DNA of 64,000 nt from the human T2T-CHM13v2.0 reference genome, Homo sapiens: NCBI RefSeq assembly GCF_009914755.1, contig NC_060935.1; one strand, written 5' to 3'. Every line of letters begins with the position of its first letter. Within the stretch, counting starts at the first letter, position 1. Shown one piece after another: positions 14,930-27,774 of the stretch. Both the position numbers and the translations under genes were made by a program. Under the pieces are notes generated by a model. The model searched no databases. It was not told the origin of the DNA and was given only the letters and a program-made list of their open reading frames with translations.

Positions 14930-15233
14930 ATGATTACCATGTGTATTTATCTCTATGAGTCCTTGTTTTAACTAACTTCTCAGCTAACAGATCGTCCAAA
15001 TTCTTTCAATGAGAATTGATGAGAGAGGATTTCTTCTATATTTTGTTACCAACATTACCACCTACTGCTAACATTTATATAGTGCCTTATTATTTATTCA
15101 TTCTCTCACATGTATTGTCTCCTTTGATTCTTCCAACATACTTATGAGGTATATTTTGTTACTATTTCTTTCCAGACCATAGCTGGTCCTATTGGACAGA
15201 TAGCTTCACTTCATCTTTAGATAAAAAACAGAG

Positions 15234-15588
15234 TGTATTCGTCTGTTTTTCATGCTGCTGATAAAGACATACCTGAGACTGGGTAATTTGTAAAGAAAAA
15301 GAAGTTTAATAGATACACATGGCTGAGGAGGCCTCACAATCATGGCGGAAGGTGAAAGGCACGTCTTACATGGTGGCAGGCAAGAGAGAAAATGAGAACC
15401 AAGTGAAAGAGGTTTCCCCTATAAAACCATCAGATCTCATGAGACTTATTCACTACCATGAGAACAGTATGGGGGGAACCGCCCCCATGGTTCAATTGTC
15501 TCTTACCAGATCCCTCTCATAACACATGGGAATTATGGGAGATGCAATTAAAGATGAGATTTGGATGGGGACACAGCCAAACCATTCA
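15234..15588 (-). mobile_element. THE1 (B/C-like) MaLR solo LTR
   Basis: tgtatt...gctgctgataaagacatacctgagactggg...gggacacagccaaaccattca; 5-bp TSD CAGAG/CAGCG. Confidence 0.9.
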
Positions 15589-16624
15589 CAGCGCCTTATT
15601 GGAGATTCCCAATATTAAATATGTTATATCTTTTTTTTTTTTTAATTATTTTAACCTTGCTGAGAGTACAGATCTTTACAAAGCTGAGCATGTGGTATAT
15701 AGATATACAATATATCTTTGGCATTTGAAGCTTTTAACATTCAAGATTTCAGCTATGTAAATGCAACCCCAAAGGGCCAAGATATACAGTATTTTACAGT
15801 TTTGCTGAGGTCTGAATCTGAATTAAGCCATGACACTAATGAGCCTGAGGTAGTTACTGAGATAGTAGGTGAATTTAACATACTGCCTGGATCTTAGCAC
15901 TGTTTCATTCTTAGCTTCTTGTAGTCTTGTATATAATAACTCTTAAAGTGATTTAAAAAATGTTGTGTTTGTGGGTGTGTCTAGAAATTGCCTCTCAATG
16001 AATGCATCTACTAGTTGCTAGAAATAAAGGTACATAGGCAGAAAGTAGATGCTTTTGACTAAATGGAATGTTGCATTTTGAAATGCTATGATATGAATGA
16101 ATCTACCGTCTACTCGATACAGAAACAAGAAAAGCTACCTCATGACACTTTCAGCAAGTACTGCAGCCTGTACAAAGATTGCTCAGTGACTCAGAAGATA
16201 TGCTTTAATGATATTTGAGAATTTGGTTAACTCATGATATGAGGTGGCACGTGACTGTTGGCAGAAATGTGATTCTGGAGAAAGAGAGGATTCTGTTCAA
16301 ACATTTTCATGAAGGAACAGATGGTAAAGACACTGAATTGACCTTTATTAAAAGGCATGGGTTTTTATCCTTGTTAAAATTTTTGAAAAATGTTTTTCTG
16401 GGCATAATATGAATTTAATAGGAGAGGTGATATCAGCAGACTATGTCTTCTGTTCTAAGCTGAAAAAATACATAGAGGAGATTTATAAGTTAAGACAGAT
16501 TTTTAACTGAGATGTAAATCACCTCTTTGGGAGGATAATGTTTGCATGAACATATTTATTCCAGGAGAAAGAAGGACCAGTATTTAATATTGTCAAAGAC
16601 AGACTAACTCTGCATTCCTTTGAT

Positions 16625-17195
<571 letters not shown>

Positions 17196-17649
17196 GAGAG
17201 ATAACAATAGAGAAGTTCTTACTTTGTTGCAGCATGGTGAGTTTTGCGATTCGCAAGGTGATAAAAGGGCTAGAATAACGGCCTGTTGCCCATATAACAG
17301 CACTCCAGTAACAAAACTGGAGCCTTACTGAAAGACCTATCCTCTGGGCCCATTTGGGGGTATAATGGTGGAGGGATTGTGTGTGTGCAAGTTGCATAGG
17401 ATACATGCACTAACGTTTCTATTTTCTTAAGCCTTGTTATGCAAGGGAATTTATGGCCCCCCAGTCTCATTAAACTGTAGCCTATTATGGAGTCCAAGTT
17501 CCAAGTTTCAGTCAGCCAACCAAGTCAACCAACTATATGAACTAAACATTAAATCCTAAATCTCTGGTAAGTGAATCATAAAAATATTTGGCCCAATCTG
17601 GTATTATATTGTTTTCTGTTGTGGGTGTCAGTGAGGGATATTTGAGTTA

Positions 17650-18470
17650 AGTCTTGAGGAGAAGAGGAATTCTTTTGCTAGGAAACTGCCCTTACTGTTG
17701 TGGTGGGGTTATTAGAGGATCTTCAAGCCAGAGAACGCCAATCTTGGGAGACACAGGCAGGAGAACAGACTAGTACTATTTCCACTGGAAAGGGAGGTTC
17801 AGAGTAGCTTGGGAGTCCAAGATTCTCAGTTTCAGTTGAGTCTGACCAAATATCCCCATCCCAAATCTCAGGGTCACACTTTTTCTCATTCAGTGCTTTC
17901 AAATGAGACTAGGTGTCTGTGGAATTCAACTTAAGTTGTAATTCTGCAACTGGCACATTTAAATCTGATGTTAGCAAGGTGAACTCCATGGCTATAAAAC
18001 ATAAAACTTTTTACTGGGGCTACCACGGAAGTTCTCTGGTTCTCTCATGGTAAATGTGAGCTGACAGTTTAGTGATCTGAACTTGCCGTTTTTATTCTAT
18101 AAGTGCTCCAGTATATTCAGAAGAAGCCACAGCTTAGCACAGTCTTTGTACTCATCATTTCTGCCAAACTCAAATGTAGCCACCATTTGGTCCCTCAAGG
18201 CACTTCTCCAGTGGGTACTTCATTACAATTAACAGCCAGGGTTAATTTGATGAACTGTCGTACCACTTATTGCATAATGGATTGCTAGTATCCCATTTCC
18301 TATTGGGAAGGGGCTTAACACTATGTCTAAGCCCAAGGACACAATCAAACCAGTGCAAAAGTCCTTTGAAGTTTGTCTTGTGATCCTACTCCTGAAACTA
18401 ATTCGTGGATCAGGCAGCGCCCAGTCAGGAAACAGAAGTCACACAATTTAGTTTAACCAGGATAACTTGT
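17650..18470 (-). mobile_element. Ancient ERVL/MaLR internal (gag-like) remnant with an adjacent LTR-like piece
   Basis: Minus strand reads gaccctgagatttgggatggggatatttgg, similar to the ERVL/MLT-int WDPExWxGDxW block; cagtcaggaaacagaagtcacac resembles an old MaLR-type LTR end. Confidence 0.5.
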
Positions 18471-19041
18471 CTCTTCTAGTCCAACATTTAAACTCACTCC
18501 AATGGGTTGAACTCATCGTTCTTACTTCCCTGTGTGACTGAAAGACAAAAAGAGGAAATGGGGGATTGATGAGGAAATTACTTGACAAGTGAAAAAAATC
18601 AAGGACTTTTTTTTTGGCTGCTCTCACCTTCGAAATCTGTCATCATATAAACTTGGGCACTTTATATCAAGAAGTAATTCCTTATGAATGTGGAGGGTAG
18701 CCTACTCATCAGTGTCAAAATTTTTAAGAAAAATTTTGAATGGATTATATGTAGTTAGTAGGACACTAAATGTTTCACCAACAATGGATAAGTGCTTTGT
18801 CAGGATTGACTGCTTTGATGAAATTACAGTTCTTTGTAAGGATACCTGTCACCCTTTTAATTAAGACAAGCTGAAAGCCATCACACATGTAATAAGCTTA
18901 TTTTATTATCATTCTTAGCCAGGATTATTCATATATTAAATATTTTTGCCAATTTTGATTCATCAAAGAAAAAAACTAGAAATTTTTTTAACACTGAGCT
19001 GAGTTTTTATTTGCAATAAAGCATAATAAAAAGGAGACTAG

Positions 19042-19764
<723 letters not shown>

Positions 19765-20854
19765 CACGGTCAGTATTTCTGATTGGATGCAGTTTAATAA
19801 ACTTTGATTTTTAAAACTGCATATTTCTTTCTTGGATTTAAAAAAATCAAACCATGAGATTTCTCTTTTTTGTAACTTATCTCAGGGTGTAAAGCTTTTG
19901 GATGGTCCTGTAACTCCATGGCTTTATCTCTTGAAATGCAATGCTTTTTTAGAAATGTAAATCTTACTGGTCTATAGTGAACAGAAGAGTAGGATAAGGT
20001 AAGAAATGTCCATTTCACTTTTTCAGGCCTTACTTGGAATTAAATTTCTATAGTTAAGATATGAATTTGACCAAATAAGTTTGTTCCACAATTTTCTGAT
20101 GCAGTAATAATACCATTAATACGATGCCTTGTTATATTTAGCTTGTTTTGTTTTCATAAGTACAACAGGAGGCATTAGTAAACACCTGTAGACCTTTTCG
20201 TTTTATGTCTAATAAAACTAAAACCACATGATGTTAGGATTAGAGAGTTAATCTCATATAGCCCCATGAGTCATATTTTTAAAACTGCTTCTTTAATGCT
20301 AGAAATATCTTTGTTGCTCGTAGAGTTTATATGTTACAGGGCCAGGAATAAAACCCATCCATTTTGCCTCTACTGGTTTTGCCCATAGTACCTGTAACTG
20401 TAGAGATATTCTACAATTTTGTCAATGTTCCTGGCCTTCCAGAAAGTGACGTTCTGTACTGCCTGTAAGACAGACTCCACAAGGCAGTGAGCTAGTCCCA
20501 GGATAGTTTCCTGAAAGGTCTTTGAAGCATTGTTTCCACATAAGAGAATCCTTGTTCCTTACTAGTGGGCTTGTCATGCTTAATTAAATGAAATTTACCA
20601 TTAAATGAAACATTTCTGTTATGGTCATGGTTACAAAATTGTTTTATCTAATTATATCCTGATAGGGAGAAGGATAGATTCTTACTGAGACAATGCAAAT
20701 AATTACATTGTCATGTAAAATAAAAGAACTCAATAAAGGCATGTTGTAGAATATTTGGCCATTGCTTTGATTAGTTTTACAGACAAGGCCAATCAATATG
20801 TGTTGTATTTTCTATATAATTAACATCTTTAAATTTATCTAATGATTTACCAGT

Positions 20855-21447
20855 TTATATTTCAGCTACTGTTGCAGCGTAACAAACCACCCCAAACTTA
20901 TTGTGGTAAAGGAACAACCATTTTAGATGCTCACAAGTTTTTCTGGTCAGGAATTTTGTCAGGACTTAGACAATCCTTTTGCTCCTCATGGCATTACTGA
21001 GGTCACTCAGTGATATTTTGCTGACGGATGGTCTGGTCTGGAAGATCTAAGATGGCTTCTCTTAACAGGTCTAGTGACTTGGCAGGAGATGGCCAGAGGC
21101 TGGACTTAGCTGGGACTGTTGACTAGAACACCTACATGTAGCCTCTGTAGCATAGCCATATCAGGGTAACTGGACTTCTCACATGGTAACTATATTCCCC
21201 CAGAGTGAACATTCCAAGAGAACCAGGCAGAGGCTTATGTCTTTGTTGCCTGGTCTCAGAATTCACGTAGCATTATTACTACCATACTCTGTTGGTCAAA
21301 GCAGTCATGAATCTGCCCAGATTTAAGGGGAGAGGAATAGACTCTACCATTTGATAAGGGAGTGGCATGGTAACTTTGGCAAAGAACATATGGGATAGAA
21401 GATATTGTTGGAAAATACGATCTGGATTTGGAAAATACAATCTGCCA
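20855..21447 (-). mobile_element. MLT1H-like MaLR LTR
   Basis: gtaacaaaccaccccaaactta...ctctgttggtcaaagcagtca...tttggaaaatacaatctgcca. Confidence 0.75.
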
Positions 21448-23003
21448 GTTTATAAGCTATATTAAAGTTTCCCAGGGAATATTTTTCCTGAATTCTGTGG
21501 GATCAGTAGGAAAAACATAGAATTCCAAGAGCGTTCATTGCAATTTGCCCAAGTATGGCTAACTACCATGAGGGTTAGTGAAAAATTAAGAAGAAAAAAA
21601 AGACGTTTTCTCAAAATATTAAGTTTTTTCTGGTTCTATTTAGTCTTGCAAAATTAATTTTTGTTCCATTGGTCAGCAGCATGCTTTTACAAAATGTTTA
21701 ATTTTGGAATATAGAGTCCTATAAATACTAACTCAATTTCCTGGTACAATTTGTCAGATTGTCTGCTTTTGTGGCAATGTTGGGTTACACTGAGCAGGAA
21801 GCCTGACTTACACTGAGAATGAGTTGATTCTCTGCAGCATCAGTAATAGCCAAGAGTCCAGATACAGCCCTTGCTGAGGCTAATTAGTCTTTTGATGATC
21901 TTCCTAAAGACTCTATTTTCTGACATTCAGTTTATGGCCGGGGCCCTTAGACAAGCTTGAAGGAAATGTAGCAACCACCTGTTAATAAGACTGATGGTTA
22001 ATTTATTATAATAATTACCACTGTCAGAATGGAATCCCCTAGTGGGATATAATATGGAACTAATTAATATGATTTAGTCAGTGATTATCCTGAGGGTATG
22101 AGCCTTATCATGGACATTAAAGGAATTGATACCTCCAGAGACTTTCATAATGTGTGTTTTTAAATTGCCAACTATTAAGAGTATTTTGTACTTGTTGATA
22201 ACGTAATCTTAGCAATCAATTTGTTCATAGTTGTGCCAGTCTTTGCATAGAATCATGAATATGTTTCTATTCATCCTGAAAAGTAGTACATGTTGAGCCA
22301 TATTTATTATTAATTACACCTTGCCTACACATAATTGACCAGGGTGTTGAGCTTCTCTTATTGATTTAATAGTTCTTCCCATATCATGGGCTTGATAAAC
22401 AAAGCAGGTCTCATAAGAGAGCTGAACTAATTAAAGATGTGGAATATGCTATGTATCTAGTTACACCTAATGTCCTCCTTGCTCAGTAGTGCTGCATAGC
22501 GGTTAATCAAGAAGCACTGAAGATAGTTTGGGTGTAAAGTATATCTTAACAATTTTATTTTTCTTCATCTGAGGCCCAAATTTGTGAAGAGACTAATCGT
22601 TATACTGACATATAAGCATAAGTCTTAGGTACCCAAGACAAGAAATGATTATAGTCTTAATTTGGTATGACAGCAATTAAAGCATAGCTACAAGAAATAA
22701 TGGTTATTAGCAAATCTAGCATATACAGAAACAAGAAACTTTTGTTCGAAAATCATTCAACAACATGACAAAAGTCAACACAAAAGCTCAAAAAGTTAAC
22801 AGGCTCTTAGGAAGTGAGAGTATTCTAAGGAGATAAGGAACCTTTACTAGCCAGGCTGGATACTGAGGCGCATAGTAATTTTGATAGCTTTATCATTAAG
22901 AGAAGACTATATTCTCAAAGATCAATTTTCTTCTCAACAACTGGTTCCAGACAGTTTAATTCATAAGCTTTCTTTGTTGATTTCAATATATTTTATACCC
23001 TTG

Positions 23004-23082
23004 TATATATATATATAAGGTTATCTTATATATATATATATCTTATCTACATATAAGATATATATATATAGAGAGAGAGAGA
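23004..23082. repeat. Compound (TA)n/(GA)n microsatellite containing inverted repeats
   Basis: Read directly from the sequence. Confidence 0.9.
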
Positions 23083-23879
23083 TGACAAGTTAATACTTTC
23101 AACTAGCTTAAAATACGTTAACTTTACATTCTGTGATTATTCTTCAAGTTGTTGCACATACCACATTGAGTTCTCCATCCTAACTGGAGTTTTCTGTATG
23201 AATTTTAATCTTTAGAAATTGTCCAGGGCAACCAAAGATTCTCTTTATTTCACTTGCTGTGATATTTGTATAGTATTTCAAGGTCAGTTAAGAATTATAG
23301 ATATTATATTTAAGTTGACATTGCAGAGCAACATGATCATTGTTGATACCACGTTTGTCCAAGAGGTGATATTTGAAAGTTTTCCACAGATGGCGTGAAG
23401 AGTTACTTAGTTTAAATGATTTGGGGAATGTCTGAAGTTCACAAGTGTCAAGCCTTGGCATTATATTTCATACTGTGATAATATCAGAAGATATATAGCT
23501 ATTTTTAAAATTAAAGTTATCAAACCAGTTTTAATTTGGTTAGGGATTTACCTTAATTAGGAGTGTAATGTGAAACTTGGATTCTTATATAACTCTGAAT
23601 TTATTTACCAATATTAGAAATGTTTCAAAAGTTTATGTTAGTACATTTTAAAATAATGACTAGTTGTTAGCCAAATATCTGAATTTTAAAAACTATCACT
23701 GTTTGAGCTGGCCATTTCTGTGGGGAATGATTTGTCTGAGATTGCCAGCACATTTAAAGCCTCAGAAGTTTTGTCCTTGTCTAATAATTTTGAGTTTTTT
23801 TCTTCTTAGATTTAAATAAGCACTTACTAAGTCTCTATAAGCTATCCAGAACAGGGGCTTTTCCAAATTTGAAAGAGAG

Positions 23880-25945
23880 AATTGATGGGCAGTATTGTTC
23901 ACGTCTTCTGTATCCTTATTGGTTTCCTTTCCACTTTCTCCATCAATTATTTTGAGAGGGGCAATGAAATCACCGACTATAATTATGGATTTGTCCTTCA
24001 CAATTTTTCTATTTATCTGTTATTAGGTGTATTAACATTTAGAGTTGTATGTCCTCTTGATGAATTCACTCTTTATCATTATGGAATGACCCTCTTTATT
24101 CTTGGTAATAATCTTTGCTCTGAAATCTACTTTGATGGAAATTTACTTTGTCTAGCTTTCTTTTGATTAGTGTTAGCATGGCATTTCTTTTTCCTTTAAT
24201 CTATAAGTGCTTTATATTTTAAATGGGTTTCTTATGGACAGCATAGAGTTGATCTCGCTTTTTTATCTAAATTGATGGTTTCTGCCTTTTAATCGGGGTC
24301 CCCAGACCATCTACATTCAGTGTCATTATTGATTGAGCTAAAACCTACCAATTGCTTTTTGTTTGCTATTTATTCTGTCTGTTCTTTGTTCCCTTTTTCA
24401 TTTTTTCTGCCTGCTTTTGAATTGCATGCTTTTTATAATTCTAATTTTATTTCTATCCTCGGTTTGCTGACTGTATATCTTTTTTTCTTTCTTTTAAAAG
24501 TCTTATATTTACATACATATTAACATTTCTGATGCTCTTCATTCTTTTATGTAAATGATTTCAATCAGGAATCTTTTATTTCCCTTTTCCCCTGTCTGAA
24601 GGTCTTCCTTTAACATTTCTTGTAGTCTGGTCTGCTGATGATTCATTCTTTTTGTATATCTGAAAAAAAAACCCTTTACATTTGAAAGGTATTTTCTCTG
24701 GGTATAAAATTATAGATAGATGGTTTCTTTTTGTTTTCTGGTACTTAAACTACTTTGCTTCACTGTCTTCTGGCTTGCATTGTTTCTGATAAGAAGTCAG
24801 CTGTTATTCTTACCATTTTATCACCATGCATAATGTGAGGTTTTTCTCTTTTCTGGTTACTTCTAAGATTTTTCTCTTTATCACTTAAGTTTTTTTTTTT
24901 TTAATTATTATTTTGCCTCTTCTTGTAGTTTCCCTACTTGGAGTTTGTTAAGCTTAAATTTAAGTGTTCATAGTTTTCGGATAGTTTCTTCATCTCACAC
25001 TCTTTTTCTGGGACTTTAGTTACGTATATATTAAGTTGTCTTAACCCACTGATGCTGTCTTTAGTTTTTATTTGAGTTTCTTTTCTCTCTGTGTTTCATT
25101 TTTGGACAGTGTTTATTTATATGCCTTCACATTCACCAACGTTTTTTTCTGCAGTGTCTAATCTGCTGTTAATTCTGTTAGTGTATTTTAAATCCAGACA
25201 TTGTCCTTTTTCTCTCTGTATTAAAATTTCTGCCAATTTTATATCTTCTACACCTTTTCTTTTTTTGAGACGGAGTCTCACTCTTTTGCCCAGGACGGAC
25301 TGCAGTGGCACTATCTCGGCTCACTGCAAGCTCTGCCTCCCGGGTTCACGCCATTCTCCTGCCTCAGCCTCCCGCCACTACAGGCGCCCGCCACTGCGCC
25401 CGGCTAATTTTTTGTATTTTTAGTAGAGACGGGGTTTCACCATGTTAGCCAAGATGGTCTCGATCTCCTGACCTTGTGATCTGCCTGCCTCGGCCTCCCA
25501 AAATGCTGGGATTACAGGCGTGAGCCACCGTGCCCGGCCTCGCCTTTTCTTAACGTGCTCACTCTCTAGTTTCTTGAACATATAGAATATATCTATCATA
25601 ATTATTTTAATGTGTTTAGTGTTTTGTCTACGAGTTCCTCAATTAGTAGACTACTAATTAGTAGACAGACTTGACTGCTGGGCTCTATCTGAATTCCTCT
25701 TCTCCTCATAATGGTCTAGAAAATCTCTCCAGACTATAAGCTAGGGTCATAGGGCTCACCTCATTTGTTTTCTTTCTCTTAGGGACTTCTGTCATGCATT
25801 CTTTATTGTCCAATGTCTGGAAACCATTGCTTCATATATTTTGTCCATTTTTGTTCAGGCTGGTCAAGTGATGTCCAGTTTTTTAGTTTAAGGCCAAGGA
25901 ATAAATCTAGTCTCTGTTACACCGTCATGGCCAGAAGCAGAAGTC
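23880..25945 (-). mobile_element. Old L1M 5' half (ORF2 endonuclease start, ORF1 and 5' pieces), degenerate
   Basis: Supplied ORF 23762..24001 contains IIIVGDFIAPLKIID...NKDTEDVNNT, the L1 endonuclease GDFN block. Confidence 0.8.
25255..25539 (-). mobile_element. AluY-family element (AluYk-like) with a small internal deletion
   Basis: Minus strand reads GAGATAGTGCCACTGCAGTCCGTCCTGGGCAAAAGAG; CCTTTTCT on both flanks. Confidence 0.8.
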
Positions 25946-27774
25946 CCTCTCCCCTCCTTTGTTAACCATCATAGATTTCCTGGTAAATATTACCATCATT
26001 GCATGTGTCCATAAATGTTTGGTCTACATCACACTTTTAAAGAGAGACAAGGACACAATTCTTTTGTATTTCGTTGTACCAGGCCTAGCATGGTTTAATG
26101 GGTGTGGGCACTTAGTAAGTATTGTTTTGGTGACTGAAGAACTACTGTGAAACTTCCTCATGTTCTTACTCTTGCACAGAAAGATATTTTGAAATTTAGC
26201 TTATGGTCCAATTTTGGCACACATGGTTTTTTAAGCCAATATGAGACCATGTTGTAAAACTGTCTAACTAAACGTTTTCTCTAAGTGTAGCTTATTTCAA
26301 CTTCATTACTGTTTGTTACCAGTCGTTTACTCTGATAGAGAAAAACATCTGTAATATGGGTGGATATTTTGTTAAAAATGTAGCATACCCACCAATTAGT
26401 TGGCCCAGCTAAATTAGCATGTGTTGGTCTGCATCTCCAATTAAGGCAGCTGCTTGAATGTTGCTGTTCTACAGCTGGCATTAGGGATGTGGGAGTGTAC
26501 TCCACCGTGGCCAGACACTAGCTGTACCTCTCAACATATTTGCCTATGTTTGTATGGTTTCTTTAAAACAGTAAAGGGTCTTTCCAATTGGATTATTGAT
26601 GGTTCAGTGACTTTTGTGTAAAAAAAAAAAACACTTTTTTTGGTTGGGAAATGTGGGACCAAGGTGTTATTAAATGAGTACCATTTAAGTAGAGAATGTT
26701 TCGCCTCCCACTTTTAAAATTTGGTTGTTGTTCTAAGTGGATAATTGGAATTTGAGGTACAACCTTCAGCTATAAAAGAATTTGTAGAATGGCATATTCT
26801 TGGAAACATTTATAAAATTTAGTAGTTTTATGTGGGGATTGCTTCCTTTCTTATCATGAAAAGAAAGTACTTTGAAACTTTTATTGAAAAGGTTCACTTT
26901 AACTTGATTTTTCCATCAAGTGAAGTTAAATATTTTCTTGTCAATTACCAGTTGTTTTGATCATCTTATTTTGCCATTATTTATTAAATGCATATTTTTG
27001 TTACATGCTAATTTTTAAAATAACTACAAACCAATTAGGTAATTTAAATGACCTAGCGTTATGTCTAATACTAGAATCAAAGAGAAAAGGAATTCATTAA
27101 CACCAATAGGAATTTTCACATATTTGAATTATTTCATTTCTTTGCTATTAAAAGCCAATAGAATTAATATTTAACAACACCAGGCCACTAAGAATAGAAA
27201 AAATGATATGGAATCAACTTTTAATGTGCTTTCATTCTGTTTAATGCTGTAGAGATGTACAAAATCTAAGACGCAATCATTCTGCAATACCTGATGAAAG
27301 TATTAAGTCACAGATGTAAATACATTTAACTTTTATGGAACACTTAATCATATTCAGGCATGTTTGGAAAACATACTCCTCACATGATTTAAAAGGCATC
27401 TCTGTTTAGGAACTGCTGATGGATCAATACTCTCATTTTATAAATATGAAAACGAAGTCTGGGGAGAGACCAACTCACATCCAGTGAATGGCACAACTAA
27501 CTGAGTTCTAATCTTTGACTTCTTGTGCTGTGTTCTCCGTGACTCCATGCTTTTAAGTGTACTTTAAGTATTGTAGGTGGGTAACTGAATAACTTTTGGA
27601 AGGTGCATCCCCAAAACGTAATGTCAGAATTACATCACATCAACAGATAAAACACAAACTAAATTAAATTTGCAGCATGACTATGTTTGAATGCAATTGC
27701 CTGTTGGAGTTATTATATTATTTAATTGATATATACAATAATTTTTCCTTTTTAAGACATAGCCATGCCCTTGT

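Noticed and set aside
23381-23398. Possible CTCF or YY1 site (TTCCACAGATGGCGTG)
   Set aside because: Only the 3' half matches CTCF (three mismatches in the 5' core) and the YY1 match is partial; not supportable without ChIP data.
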